The notes under the pieces are model-generated. The model did not search any database, was not told the DNA's origin, and saw only the letters and a list, made by a program, of their open reading frames with translations. From contig DHPR01000033.1 of assembly GCA_002410925.1 (NCBI GenBank), positions 330,397 through 394,396 on the forward strand: 64,000 bases of DNA. Direction: 5' to 3'. Origin of the DNA: a bacterium UBP13_UBA5359 (GTDB lineage Bacteria; UBP13; UBA5359). Below are positions 51,618-62,348 of this stretch, piece after piece. Both the position numbers and the translations under genes were made by a program. How positions within the stretch are numbered: the stretch's first letter is position 1; each line of letters begins with the position of its first letter.

Positions 51618-52405
51618 GCCTGAAAATCAAGTTTTTGCCTATAAATCTCATAAGCGATAACAGAAAAAGCCGTAGCGGCGTTAAGAGATTCGACCCGAGG
51701 AGACATGGGCACACGCACAGTCATATCCATCAACCGTAATAACTCATCCGGCAACCCGGTAGCCTCCGCTCCTACAAAGAGCGCTATTCTTTCTGTTAAG
51801 TTAGCTTCATATAGCTGCAACGATCCGGATATATCGGCAGCAACCATCTGCAATTCGCAATAATGTAAATCATTTATCAACTTCATCTCATCCGCATAGT
51901 GCAATATGGGGAGATGAAAGACGGAACCCATACTTCCCCTAAGAACTTTGAGATTATATGGGTCTACAGAGGATGATAACAAGATAGCCTCCATGCCTAC
52001 CGCATCTGCGGTTCTGATAATCGTTCCCAAATTACCGGGATCGGAGAGACCTACGACCACGGCTATAAAGGAGGCCTTCTCAAGGATATTTTTACCTGCT
52101 TCAGGCATGTGAGCAATTGCTATCACACCGGGAGATGTCTGTAACTGAGATATTCGGGCCAGCAATCCGGAAGCAATGGGAATTATCATTTCCTGAGGTA
52201 TCTTTTGAAGCTCTGTACGGGACATCTCGGCTTCATCAACCAGAATGCGCTCAAAGTGAATACCGGAGGCGACGGCTTCCATCAAAAGCCTAAATCCCTC
52301 CAGAACAAAGGCACGCTCTGTTTCACGTCCGCTGCGGCGTGATAACGAACGCACCCTCTTCATCCATTCATTATGTATACTAGTAATTTTATTCATCCAG
52401 TACAT
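51614..52405 (-). CDS. TrmH/SpoU-family RNA methyltransferase
   Basis: DPGNLGTIIRTADA, GAEATG, ESLNAA SPOUT motifs; follows rplT. Confidence 0.9.
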   Translation of the reverse strand: MYWMNKITSIHNEWMKRVRSLSRRSGRETERAFVLEGFRLLMEAVASGIHFERILVDEAEMSRTELQKIPQEMIIPIASGLLARISQLQTSPGVIAIAHMPEAGKNILEKASFIAVVVGLSDPGNLGTIIRTADAVGMEAILLSSSVDPYNLKVLRGSMGSVFHLPILHYADEMKLINDLHYCELQMVAADISGSLQLYEANLTERIALFVGAEATGLPDELLRLMDMTVRVPMSPRVESLNAATAFSVIAYEIYRQKLDFQA

Positions 52406-52453
52406 ACCAAAGGAGACACAGAGTGTGCCTCCTTTTTCTCAATAATCTCTATG

Positions 52454-52813
52454 TTAGGCGCTGAGCGCCTCCTTGGCCACTTCAGCCAGCCGGGAAAATG
52501 CGGCAGCATCATTAACAGCCAGCTCAGCCAGAATCTTACGATTAATATCTATTCCAGCCAACTTCAATCCGCTTACCATACGGCTGTATGATAATCCGTT
52601 GTTTCTGGCTGCCGCATTAATTCTTACAACCCAGAGCCGTCTGAAATCGCGCTTTTTATTCCGACGATCTCTATATGCATACTGCAACGCATGCGCTACA
52701 GCTTCCTTGGCTGTCTTTAAAAGCTTGCTCCTGGCGCCACGATAGCCTTTCGCTAGTTTGAAAATCTTCTTCTTTCGTTTATTGGCTATTACGCCCCGTT
52801 TAACTCGCGGCAT
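52454..52813 (-). CDS. rplT: 50S ribosomal protein L20
   Basis: [24 protein letters not shown]. Confidence 0.98.
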   Translation of the reverse strand: MPRVKRGVIANKRKKKIFKLAKGYRGARSKLLKTAKEAVAHALQYAYRDRRNKKRDFRRLWVVRINAAARNNGLSYSRMVSGLKLAGIDINRKILAELAVNDAAAFSRLAEVAKEALSA

Positions 52814-52892
52814 AAGAAATCCCTCCTAATCAGCTTTTTAAGCCGAAGTCTATTAATCAGACTATTCCGTATAATCCTAATGAAGTAATTAT

Positions 52893-53090
52893 TTAAAGAT
52901 AGGGCACCATTCTACGAACTTTTTTATTTTCAGATTTGGCCACCATTCCTACTTGCCCTAATTCTCTCTTTCGTTTGGTGGATTTCTTGGTCAAAAGATG
53001 ACCTTTATTGGCCTTGTCGTGCATAAGCTTTCCAGAACCGGTAACCTTTAATCGCTTGGCCATGGCCCGGCGTGTCTTAATCTTAGGCAT
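52893..53090 (-). CDS. rpmI: 50S ribosomal protein L35
   Basis: MPKIKT...KRLKVTGSGK...HLLTKKS. Confidence 0.96.
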   Translation of the reverse strand: MPKIKTRRAMAKRLKVTGSGKLMHDKANKGHLLTKKSTKRKRELGQVGMVAKSENKKVRRMVPYL

Positions 53091-53097
53091 TTCCGTA

Positions 53098-53619
53098 TTA
53101 ACGCTCCTTTCCCTCTGGCTTGGGTGATAATATCATAGTCATGTTACGTCCCTCAATCTTTGGAGGCCGCTCAACAACAGCGCTATCCGCAACATCAGCC
53201 GCAACCTTCTCCAGTATCCGTATTCCGAATTCCGTGTGTGCCATCTCTCTCCCGCGAAACATAATAGTCATCTTGACCTTATCGCCTTCCCGGAGAAATT
53301 TTTTAGCATTACGCGTCTTGAAATCATAATCATGCTCATCAATTTTAGGCCTCATCTTGACTTCCTTGACTTCGATCTGCTTGGCTTTACGGCGTGTTTC
53401 CTTGGCTTTCTTGCTCTGCTCATACTTGAATTTGCCGTAATCCATTATCCGAGCAACAGGAGGCGCTGCATTTGCAGCCACTTCCACCAGATCCAATCCT
53501 TCCTCACGCGCCCTGGCCAGAGCTTCCCTGGTAGGCATTATGCCGAGTTGTTCGTTTTCGCTGCCGATAACTCTGACTTCCGGGACACGAATACGCTCGT
53601 TGATACGCAACTCTTTGAT
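53098..53619 (-). CDS. infC: Translation initiation factor IF-3, probable AUC start
   Basis: INERIR, LDLVEV, DYGKFKYE, FRGRE. GGAGGTGA lies 6 nt before an in-frame ATC. Confidence 0.95.
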   Translation of the reverse strand: MKELRINERIRVPEVRVIGSENEQLGIMPTREALARAREEGLDLVEVAANAAPPVARIMDYGKFKYEQSKKAKETRRKAKQIEVKEVKMRPKIDEHDYDFKTRNAKKFLREGDKVKMTIMFRGREMAHTEFGIRILEKVAADVADSAVVERPPKIEGRNMTMILSPKPEGKER

Positions 53620-53649
53620 ATTAACTCACCTCCGATTATTATGCTGGAA

Positions 53650-53758
53650 AACAAAAAAGGATGGCATATACCATCCTTCTCCTGCAAGTCATATATACTT
53701 ACCTGCCAACAACCTTGACGGCGCCTGCAGGTGAGAAGCGGACGGCTTCTGCTTTCCA
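53650..53758 (-). ncRNA. L20 leader with intrinsic terminator
   Basis: Minus strand GCAGAAGC..CCGCTTCTCACCTG...GTTGGCAGGT, then hairpin AAGGATGG/CCATCCTT with a U-tract, upstream of infC-rpmI-rplT. Confidence 0.85.
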
Positions 53759-53768
53759 GCTACATTGA

Positions 53769-53797
53769 ATTTTAACAGAGCCCCTCCTTCTTGTCAA
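53769..53797 (-). promoter_or_regulatory. Promoter for the infC operon
   Basis: TTGACA-17-TAAAAT with TGn extension. Confidence 0.75.
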
Positions 53798-53880
53798 TGA
53801 AATGATCGCAGTTGAATGATATGAAAGATCCAAGATGACCTTGAATGATCGCCCAAAGGCCACATTCCCAGATTCTACTA

Positions 53881-54564
53881 TCAAGCAGTAACCTGCCAAT
53901 CTTCCCTTTGAGCAACGATAAATCCTTTATCCATAGGCAGCTTTGGTATTTGCAGCCCAACATCTTGCCAGAGCTTATTCAGCACCCAGGCAGGTATAGG
54001 GCGCGTTCCATCTCTAGCCTCACTGATAGACCACAGGCAAAATGCCAAGAACTTAGCCGGTGTCACTTTTGAATAGCTTATTATAATGTTCCAGTCCAGC
54101 GTTTCCCAACGCCTTTGAATTATTGACGCTGCATCCCACCAATCCGGCCTATTCTCATACTGTATGGATATTTTTGTTGCCAAAAGATCTTCTTGGGAAA
54201 TTACAATAAAAAGCTCTCCTTCCACATACCGGCGCTCGCCTCTGGACATGACAGCTCTGTTCATATCTATCCCGGAAGTAATATTAAATATCAGGTCCAC
54301 CCGGGTGCGCTTCTTCCATGCCTGAAATATCCACTCCGGATCGGAACGCCGGGTTCTGAAACCGGCCTCTGATAAAGCATTTAAAGCCCTATCGGCATCA
54401 TGGCGCATAATATAGAAATCCACATCTGATGAGACTCTAGGATGGCCGTACTCCCTGACTGCAAGCCCACCTCCAAGAAGATAAGGTATTTGATTTCTCT
54501 CCAGTATATCCCTGGATAGAACGGCCGTTTCAGTTATTCTGGGAGAATATTGCGGTCGCTTCAT
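53881..54564 (-). CDS. Pol-beta-superfamily nucleotidyltransferase of unknown function
   Basis: GGLAV..YG..R.SSDVDF (GG...DxD) and a third Asp in VDLIF. ATG at 54564 follows GGAGG. Confidence 0.75.
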   Translation of the reverse strand: MKRPQYSPRITETAVLSRDILERNQIPYLLGGGLAVREYGHPRVSSDVDFYIMRHDADRALNALSEAGFRTRRSDPEWIFQAWKKRTRVDLIFNITSGIDMNRAVMSRGERRYVEGELFIVISQEDLLATKISIQYENRPDWWDAASIIQRRWETLDWNIIISYSKVTPAKFLAFCLWSISEARDGTRPIPAWVLNKLWQDVGLQIPKLPMDKGFIVAQREDWQVTA

Positions 54565-54650
54565 TATCTCCTCCAACAGAGTATGGGCAGATACTCTATG
54601 GCGGCTACAATATCTATGCCGTGTCGCCAACAGCGCAAGAAAAAGAATTG

Positions 54651-54911
54651 TTATCGCTTGCCGAAGGGAATATCCTCATCCAGAGGTGCTTGCTCAAAAG
54701 ATAGATGCCCCTCTTCATCGCGGAGCAAAAGATCCACTCGTTGCTTGGCTTTATCCAGAAAAGAACGGCATATTCTCGATAGCTTGACGGCCTCTTCAAA
54801 TTTCCGGAGCGCCGTATCCAGGCTTAGCTGGCCACCTTCCATCTCAGTTATGATATTTTCCAGATGCTCGAAAGCATCTTCATAGCTCATCTTATCCGTG
54901 GAGCCTTTCAT
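54651..54911 (-). CDS. xseB: Exodeoxyribonuclease VII small subunit
   Basis: SYEDAFEHLENII..ME.G.LSLD...FEE pattern; follows xseA. Confidence 0.9.
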   Translation of the reverse strand: MKGSTDKMSYEDAFEHLENIITEMEGGQLSLDTALRKFEEAVKLSRICRSFLDKAKQRVDLLLRDEEGHLSFEQAPLDEDIPFGKR

Positions 54912-56124
54912 TTCTTACCTCCGTAACATTTCCTTTAAAGCTGCCCTGAAAGAGAATTACATCTACTTCTTCGCCAATCGCCAATTGATCGCTATGCTTG
55001 ACCGTTCGGCCGTCGGCGGCCGATTTCACTATGCCATATCCCCTTTGCAAAGTGGCCAGCGGGCTCAGCATATTCAACGCTGATACCAAGGAAATAAATT
55101 CGCTCTCCTTGGCCGCCAATGAGGTTCTGAATAAATTAGCCAGAGCAGTGATACTCTTTTGCAGAGCATTATGCCGCTCAGCCAATGCCTCGGGAAAACG
55201 ACGGAGAACATAGCCTTCATGAATGGCGCGCAGCTCGCTTTGATGCAATTGAAGAAGCGCAAGCATGCTGCTGCGGGCTCTTCTCATTTTCATCAGTATA
55301 TCTCGTTCTAACTCCGCTCTATCAGGAACCGCCAATTCTGCCGCTGCCGAGGGCGTGGGCGCCCGCATATCTGCAACAAAATCGCTGATTGTAAAATCCG
55401 TCTCATGGCCTACTGCAGAGATAATAGGAACGGCGGACGCAGCAATAGCGCGAGCTACGATTTCTTCATTGAATGCCCACAAATCTTCGAGAGAACCGCC
55501 TCCGCGCCCTACGATGATGACATCTGTATTTCCCGCTTCATTGAGATCGCGTAAAGCTGTAGCAATAGCTGCAGGCGCATCCTCACCCTGTACGGAAACG
55601 GGTGCCAGTATAATTTTAACTGCGGGCATACGGCGTCTGAGTATGTTGAGTATATCTCTGATCGCCGCTCCCCTATCGGAAGTGACCACACCTATTGCCG
55701 AAGGAAAGCGCGGAATGGCTCTCTTTCTAGAAGCTGCAAATAATCCTTCAGCCTTCAGCCTGGCCTTTAGCTGCTCAAAGGCAAGCTGGAGTGCGCCGAT
55801 TCCTGCAGGCTCAATGGCTTGCGCCACCAAACGAAATTCCCCTCGTTTTTCATACAATCCCACTTCACCGGCGGTTATTACCTCCAACCCATCTTCAAGC
55901 CTGAATTTCAATTTGGAAGCAGCGCTTCTAAATAGAACGACGCTTACCTGAGATTCGCTATCTTTAAGTGTAAAATAAATATGCTGCGAAGCAGCAATTT
56001 TGAGATTCGATATCTCGCCTCTGATTCTGACCCAGGGCAGATTAAGCCCGATAATACCGGATACCTGCCGGTTCAGCTCAGATACGGTTATAACAGCGGT
56101 ATTATCTAACTCAGCGAACAGCAA
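54892..56124 (-). CDS. xseA: Exodeoxyribonuclease VII large subunit
   Basis: GEISN, HIYFTLKD, RGGGSLEDLWAFN, GHETD, PTPSAAA, LSPLATLQRGY. Confidence 0.96.
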   Translation of the reverse strand: MLFAELDNTAVITVSELNRQVSGIIGLNLPWVRIRGEISNLKIAASQHIYFTLKDSESQVSVVLFRSAASKLKFRLEDGLEVITAGEVGLYEKRGEFRLVAQAIEPAGIGALQLAFEQLKARLKAEGLFAASRKRAIPRFPSAIGVVTSDRGAAIRDILNILRRRMPAVKIILAPVSVQGEDAPAAIATALRDLNEAGNTDVIIVGRGGGSLEDLWAFNEEIVARAIAASAVPIISAVGHETDFTISDFVADMRAPTPSAAAELAVPDRAELERDILMKMRRARSSMLALLQLHQSELRAIHEGYVLRRFPEALAERHNALQKSITALANLFRTSLAAKESEFISLVSALNMLSPLATLQRGYGIVKSAADGRTVKHSDQLAIGEEVDVILFQGSFKGNVTEVRNERLHG

Positions 56125-56258
56125 CTTGTTGCTCCAATCATTATTGCAAAATTCTCATGCCTTGCTTATAATGGTTATTCGCTGGTCTTAGAGTGAAACC
56201 CTTTGACTTCAGCGTTAATAGTTTAGTAGTATTACCCTCTGGGTAAGATTGATTAGAA

Positions 56259-56678
56259 TTGGCTCGGGGTGAACACGTGTCCATTAAATTGCTACACATC
56301 GATGATGAGGCAGATACCGTCCAGATGGTAAAGCTGGCGCTGGAAAGCGAAGGCTTTGAAGTTATACCTGCTCGTTCCGGCCTGGAGGGCATTCAGAAGA
56401 TTCTGCAGGAGAAGCCCGATATCATTCTTCTGGACATCATGATGCCGGGTCTTAACGGCTATGATGTTCTCAAGGCCCTTAAACAGAAGCCCAATCCATT
56501 GCCCACGCCTATAGTTATCCTCTCCGCTAAAACTGCTCAGGAGGATATAGAGAGGGCTATGGCTTACGGTGCTACCGATTATATTACCAAACCCTTTGAT
56601 ATCCTCCTGCTGGCAGATAGATTACGTCATGATTTAAACATCAGCAAGGAAACCGGCTCCATCAATCCTTGCGAATAA
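56259..56678 (+). CDS. Single-domain response regulator
   Basis: IDDE, LLDIMMP, LSAK, KPF; no output domain. Confidence 0.88.
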   Translation: MARGEHVSIKLLHIDDEADTVQMVKLALESEGFEVIPARSGLEGIQKILQEKPDIILLDIMMPGLNGYDVLKALKQKPNPLPTPIVILSAKTAQEDIERAMAYGATDYITKPFDILLLADRLRHDLNISKETGSINPCE

Positions 56679-56688
56679 TACTCGCTGT

Positions 56689-59600
56689 TCAGCATTTATT
56701 TGCTTGAGCGGGTACGGGACATTCTCCGTTCGGCAGCATATTCTCGTTCAAAGCACTGGTATCAAGAGCAGTTGCCGAGTCTTTTCTACGATCAAGCAAG
56801 GTATATACTACGGGTATTACAAGCAAGGTAAGCAGCGTGGAGGTAATAAGACCACCGATAACCGCTATAGCCATAGGCGAACGCAATTCTCCGCCATCGC
56901 CCATGCCCAGCGCCAGAGGCAGCATGCCAAAGATAGTTGTTAAGGTCGTCATCAATATGGGCCGAAGTCTGATCGGACCTGCCTGAAGCAAAGCTGCTTC
57001 CCGCCCATATCCCTGATCTCTCAGCGCATTTGTATAATCCACTAACAGAATAGCATTCTTGGTCACGATTCCTCCCAGCATTATCAAGCCGATCAATGAT
57101 ATCATATTCATGGTTTTCCCTGTTAAGAGCATCAGCACAAAGGCACCTATACCGGCAAGCGGCACTGAAAACATAATCACTAACGGGTAAATCAGAGATT
57201 CATACAGAGCCACCAGCCCCAGATAGATGAGTATGATAGAGAGTATCAGCGCCTGTATCATAGGGCTGAAGATCTCTTGCATACTCTCGGCCTCGCCGCT
57301 ATACTCGATAGAGTAAGCATCCGGTAAATCGAGCTCGCTCAATTTAGCCTTAATCTTTTTGTTGACCTGGCCGATGTTATGGTTGCTGTCCAGGCCGGCA
57401 TAAACCTTTGCCAGGCGCTGCCGGTTCTCACGATTGATCTCCGCAGGTCCGCCGGCCGGCAGAATATCCGCTATTTCTCCCAATCTTACAGTTTCTCCAA
57501 CATTGTTAAGAAGCAGAAGATTTTTGATGCCGTCAATCTCCTGCCTATCCTCTTCACGCAGCCGAACAAGAACATCATACTCCTTGCCACCATCCTTGAA
57601 CCTGGTAGCCACATTTCCTGTCATAGCGGTATAGATTGTTGAGGCCACCTGGCCGGGAGTGATTCGTCTGTCCTCTGCTAAACGTCTATCCACCTTTATT
57701 TGCAATTCGGGCTTACCCATATTCATCGTGTTGCCGATACCAATAAGCCCCTCTATACCGGAAAGCTCCTTTTCTACTTCGTTGGCTATTTCGGTCAATC
57801 GCCGGGAATCGGGGCCGCTTATTTTTATCTGTACCGGCGCCGTGCCGGAGGCGCTATCCTCGCCGCCACCCATAGAGGCGGCTTGTGCACTTACTTTGGC
57901 ACCCGGAATAGTGGAGAATCTATACCGTAGATCATCAGCAACCTTACGGCTATCCTGTTTATGCCCTTTGCGCAATTTAACAAAGATACTGGCCTGCCTG
58001 GCTCCACCTGTCCCAATCTCCGCATAAGCTATTTCCGTATCCTTAAGGCTAAGGAGGTATTTCTCCATTTCGCTTACACTTTTATCCGTTAGATCAAGGG
58101 ATGCTCCGGTCGGCATCTCAACATAAGCCTTTATCTCTCCTCTGTCCACAAAAGGAAATGCCTCTCCGCCTATTATCGGCAACAGCATCAGTGAAGCTAT
58201 GAGAGAAAAAGCAGCCAGCCCTACCACCTGCCACTGATGAGCCAACGCCCAGGACAAAGCTCTTTTATAAGCGTGCTCCAATCTAGTGTAAAAGCGATTC
58301 CATGCACTATCCCTGTCCATACCCTCACGACGCAATAGCCTGGCAGCCAATGAGGGTATCAGGGTAAGGGACATAAAGAGTGACATAAATATGCTGAAAG
58401 CGACGGTCAGCCCAAACTCCTTAAATATCTGACCCACCATTCCTTTCATGAAGGCGATGGGAACAAAGACCGCCATAATGGTAAAGGTAGTAGCAATAAC
58501 GGCGCCGCCGATCTCACCGGTGCCGCTGGAAGCAGCCTCAGCCGCATCTTCGTTACGCTCAAAATGACGATAAATATTCTCAAGCACCACAATCGAATCA
58601 TCAACCAGCATCCCCACGGCCAGAGCCAGCCCCATCAAAGAGAGGACGTTTAACGTGAATCCGCTGTAATAAATAAAGGCAATGGCGGCAATCAATGATG
58701 AGGGTATGCTCAGGAAGATAATAAAGGTACTTCGTGCGCTACGCAGAAAAAGGAAGATGACCAGAACCGTAAGCAGTATGCAAAGTAGAAGATTGTCACG
58801 AACCTCTTTGACGGAATCCTTGATAAAGGTTGAGTTATCGATAATCACTTCCAGCTTATTACCCTGCGGCAGCCGGCCTGAGAGATCGGAGACGGTCTTA
58901 CGTACCGTATCCGCCACTTTAACGGTATTAGCTCCGGATTGCTTTTTGATTACTAGTGTCACACAATTCTCACCGTTGAAACGGGCCTTCTGCCGAACTT
59001 CCTTAAATGTATCCTCAATCGTAGCCACATCACCGATAGTAAGGGGCAGGCCGTCAATAACGGCCAGGTTGATCGCAGCTATCTGCTCAACAGATGTAAA
59101 TTCACCCACGGTACGAACGGTATATTCTCTTGAACGCTGATCTATTCTGCCACCGGGCACATTCAGATTATCGCCTTTCAAGGCGGCTACCACCTGTGCC
59201 AGCCCCAGCCCATATGCCTCCAAGCGCCCCTGATCCACCCGCACATCTATCTCTCTCTCCAAGCCGCCGACAACATCAACCGAGGCTACACCGTCAATTC
59301 TTTGCAAACGCTCCTTAACAGTATCGTCCGCCAGCTTCCGGGTTTCCGCCAGAGATCCCTTGCTAAAGAGGGTGATGTTCATTATAGGATGAGCATTGAT
59401 ATCCACTCTAGCAATGCTGGGATCCACTATATCTTGTGGAAGATCGCCACGAACGGCTGAAACTTTATCCCTGACATCCGCTACGGCACCGTTAATATCA
59501 GTACCGAGCTCAAATTCGATTACTACTACCGATGCGTTTTCGCGGGAAAACGAATATACCTTCTTTATGCCACCGATAGGACTGACAGCATCCTCTATAG

Positions 59601-59796
59601 GCTTGCTGACAAGGCTCTCTATTTCCGCCGGCCCCACACCTGGATAAGCCGTCACTATGGTAACATATGGTATATCGACATTGGGCATGAGATCAATCGG
59701 CAAACGTGTCAGGCATATCAACCCAAAGAGCGTCAGAACTAATACAATCACACCCACGAACAAAGGGCGTTTTATGGAAATATCCGCAATATACAT
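56689..59796 (-). CDS. RND efflux transporter (AcrB/SwrC-like)
   Basis: 1035 aa; GMLVDDSIVVLENI, GIVTKNAILLVD, RLRPILMTT. Confidence 0.95.
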   Translation of the reverse strand: MYIADISIKRPLFVGVIVLVLTLFGLICLTRLPIDLMPNVDIPYVTIVTAYPGVGPAEIESLVSKPIEDAVSPIGGIKKVYSFSRENASVVVIEFELGTDINGAVADVRDKVSAVRGDLPQDIVDPSIARVDINAHPIMNITLFSKGSLAETRKLADDTVKERLQRIDGVASVDVVGGLEREIDVRVDQGRLEAYGLGLAQVVAALKGDNLNVPGGRIDQRSREYTVRTVGEFTSVEQIAAINLAVIDGLPLTIGDVATIEDTFKEVRQKARFNGENCVTLVIKKQSGANTVKVADTVRKTVSDLSGRLPQGNKLEVIIDNSTFIKDSVKEVRDNLLLCILLTVLVIFLFLRSARSTFIIFLSIPSSLIAAIAFIYYSGFTLNVLSLMGLALAVGMLVDDSIVVLENIYRHFERNEDAAEAASSGTGEIGGAVIATTFTIMAVFVPIAFMKGMVGQIFKEFGLTVAFSIFMSLFMSLTLIPSLAARLLRREGMDRDSAWNRFYTRLEHAYKRALSWALAHQWQVVGLAAFSLIASLMLLPIIGGEAFPFVDRGEIKAYVEMPTGASLDLTDKSVSEMEKYLLSLKDTEIAYAEIGTGGARQASIFVKLRKGHKQDSRKVADDLRYRFSTIPGAKVSAQAASMGGGEDSASGTAPVQIKISGPDSRRLTEIANEVEKELSGIEGLIGIGNTMNMGKPELQIKVDRRLAEDRRITPGQVASTIYTAMTGNVATRFKDGGKEYDVLVRLREEDRQEIDGIKNLLLLNNVGETVRLGEIADILPAGGPAEINRENRQRLAKVYAGLDSNHNIGQVNKKIKAKLSELDLPDAYSIEYSGEAESMQEIFSPMIQALILSIILIYLGLVALYESLIYPLVIMFSVPLAGIGAFVLMLLTGKTMNMISLIGLIMLGGIVTKNAILLVDYTNALRDQGYGREAALLQAGPIRLRPILMTTLTTIFGMLPLALGMGDGGELRSPMAIAVIGGLITSTLLTLLVIPVVYTLLDRRKDSATALDTSALNENMLPNGECPVPAQANKC

Positions 59797-61038
59797 CTAG
59801 AAGGCCGCTCCTTCCATCACCTTTACCTTTTGTCCCTCAACAAGATCATCCTGGCCTACAACAACAACAGATGTCCCCGTTGAAACCCCCATAACCTCTA
59901 TCCGATTCTCTTGTTCTATGCCGGTATGTACTTCCATCTTCCTGACTTTGCCATTCTCGACGCAGGTGATGTATTTCCTGCCGTCAGACTCTCTTATAGC
60001 ATCATGAGGCACACTGATAGTGGCACTATGCGTGGAAACGGCAACCTTAGCTCTGGCAAACATGCCGGATTTGACATTACCATCCTGAAGAGATATACGA
60101 ATCTTAAAAGAGCGCGTCTTGGCATCAGCCACCGGCACTATTTCAGCTACCTTGCCGACGATCGCTTTTTCCGGCAAAGCATCCACTCTTATACCGGCAG
60201 CCTGGCCGCGCTTAAGCTTTGCAAAGAATCTCTCCGGCACTCTGGCCTCAAAATAGAGATTATTCTGTTCCGTTATCCTCATAAGCGACGTACCCGGTAG
60301 AACCATCTCGCCTTTATCAATTCTACAATCGGATATAACGCCGGATATAGGAGCACGTAAAATAGTATGACCGAGTTGGACACGAATCATATCCACATTA
60401 CCTCTTGCCTGCGATACACCGGCTTCAGCAGCTCTGATATCCTCTCGCCTGGCACCCTCACCGACCATGGATAATTGTGCCCTGGCAGAGCTTAATTGAG
60501 CTTCGGCGGCCAGATATTGCGCTCTGGCGGCATCCAATTGCTGCTCAGCTATAGCGCCCTGCGAACGGAGTGATTTTATCCTCTCGTAATTCTGACGAGC
60601 ATTGTCAAAGACAGCCTGTGCCTGCCTGGCACCATTCTCTGCCTGCAAGCGTTCTTGAGATCTGGCGCCGGACCTAAGAGCAGCTAGCCTGGCTTCAGCA
60701 GCAGAGACCGCCGCCACAGCAGTAGATAGCTGTGCTTGCAGTGCGCTGTCATCAATCCTTAGCAGAACCTGGCCGGCAGATACCTTTGTTCCCTCATCTC
60801 CAACTCTGTAGATTACCTTCCCGACCGTTTCAGCTGCAACGGCAACCTCGCTTTTGGGGACTATTGAACCGGTAAGCTCTATGCTCTCAGTCATATCTTC
60901 GCTCAGCGGTTTTACTACGTATACGCTTTTAATCTCAGGTCCGTTATCGTTATCAATTTTCTTGTATCGCTTTCCGACTATCGTAAAAGCAGTTGTTAAC
61001 ACAATCACCGCTGCCGCCAGCGCAAATACTCGCTTCAT
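59797..61038 (-). CDS. RND periplasmic adaptor (membrane fusion protein)
   Basis: Lipoyl halves around a long alpha-hairpin, APISGVI, GMFARA. Confidence 0.92.
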   Translation of the reverse strand: MKRVFALAAAVIVLTTAFTIVGKRYKKIDNDNGPEIKSVYVVKPLSEDMTESIELTGSIVPKSEVAVAAETVGKVIYRVGDEGTKVSAGQVLLRIDDSALQAQLSTAVAAVSAAEARLAALRSGARSQERLQAENGARQAQAVFDNARQNYERIKSLRSQGAIAEQQLDAARAQYLAAEAQLSSARAQLSMVGEGARREDIRAAEAGVSQARGNVDMIRVQLGHTILRAPISGVISDCRIDKGEMVLPGTSLMRITEQNNLYFEARVPERFFAKLKRGQAAGIRVDALPEKAIVGKVAEIVPVADAKTRSFKIRISLQDGNVKSGMFARAKVAVSTHSATISVPHDAIRESDGRKYITCVENGKVRKMEVHTGIEQENRIEVMGVSTGTSVVVVGQDDLVEGQKVKVMEGAAF

Positions 61039-61055
61039 AATTACCTGTTTCCTCC

Positions 61056-62348
61056 CTACAACTCCATAGCGACTGCTCGCTCCAACTCGGATAGAGCAAT
61101 CTCATAATCGCTTACTGCATTGCTATAATTTATCTTTGCCTGAGTAAGTGCCGTTTGCGCATCAATCAATTCCACACTGGTAGAAACACCGGACTGGTAA
61201 CGAACAACAGCAATTCTGTTGCCCTCCTCCGCCTGCACCAGTGCCTGACGTGAAGCATCTATCAACTTCTTATCCTGCTGTAATTGCAGATAACTCTGTC
61301 TTACCTGGAGCGATATATTGCGTTTGGCATCACCGGTCATCAGCTTAAGCTGTTCAGCGATATTGGTATTCTCACTCAATCTCGATTTTGCCAGTCCGTT
61401 ATCAAAAAGGGAGACTCTGGCCGATACACCTATTGTCCATATTCCGGAGGTTGCAGCCGTCATATCCTGATGCAGAACGGCATAGCTTAAAGTACCGTCG
61501 ATATTAGGACGAACGGCTGATATTATTATCTTTCTACCGGCTTCATTAAGTCTGACCGACAAAGCTAAAGAACGCAGCTCCGGCCTTTGCTCCCAGGCCA
61601 TCGATATAAGATCATCAAGGCTGTGCTCTATCGGCTTTATTTCAGGCGAGAGCTTTAGTTGAACGATAGTGCTTAAATCTATTCCCAACAGATTATTCAG
61701 CGCATTCATTGCCAGGCCAACCCCATTTGATGCCGTGAGCAAATTCTGTTGAACCTGCGCTAACTGAGTTTCTGCCCTCAAGAGATCATATTTAGCTACC
61801 GTACCCGCTTTATAGAACTTCTGAGTTACCTCCAGATGCGCCCTGGCCTGTGCCACAGCCTCCCTGGCCACCACTTCCATGCGCTGCGCCTTAGCCAGAC
61901 CATAAAAGGCTCGCTTAACGGATAGAATCAGATCATCCTTTTTCGCCTCCAGATCCACTCCGGCTTGTTCAAAAGCTATCTCGGCCTGCTCTTCCTGTGC
62001 TTCCAATCTTCCTCCACTGTATATAGGCTGATTCAACTGTAGTCCCAGATCATAGGAAGTGGAATTTACAGGAAATTCATTGGGTAGAAAGTGGCTGGCG
62101 CTAGCCCCGGCGCCAACGGTAAATTTCTGCTGTGCCCTGGCCTGTGCCAATCTGTCGGCAGCAATATCCACCTTCTGTATTTCCGTGTTCAGCATCACAT
62201 TTTTCTTCAGTGCCAGAGCTATACTCTCCGGCAATGTCAACGAAATAGTTGGCGTTGCCGATGCTTCGTCGGCAAAAGCTGCTGTTGCCGCTGCAAAAAA
62301 GAATACTCCGGCCAGAGCAATAGATGCCGTCGTTCTGATCCTTATCAT
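61056..62348 (-). CDS. TolC-family outer membrane efflux protein
   Basis: Signal peptide, QPIYSGG, RPEL, RYQSG...ELIDAQ repeats. Confidence 0.9.
   Translation of the reverse strand: MIRIRTTASIALAGVFFFAAATAAFADEASATPTISLTLPESIALALKKNVMLNTEIQKVDIAADRLAQARAQQKFTVGAGASASHFLPNEFPVNSTSYDLGLQLNQPIYSGGRLEAQEEQAEIAFEQAGVDLEAKKDDLILSVKRAFYGLAKAQRMEVVAREAVAQARAHLEVTQKFYKAGTVAKYDLLRAETQLAQVQQNLLTASNGVGLAMNALNNLLGIDLSTIVQLKLSPEIKPIEHSLDDLISMAWEQRPELRSLALSVRLNEAGRKIIISAVRPNIDGTLSYAVLHQDMTAATSGIWTIGVSARVSLFDNGLAKSRLSENTNIAEQLKLMTGDAKRNISLQVRQSYLQLQQDKKLIDASRQALVQAEEGNRIAVVRYQSGVSTSVELIDAQTALTQAKINYSNAVSDYEIALSELERAVAMEL

Noticed and set aside
53798-53852. Repeated (T)GAATGAT words upstream of the infC promoter
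   Set aside because: They are short and irregularly spaced and cannot be told from chance.
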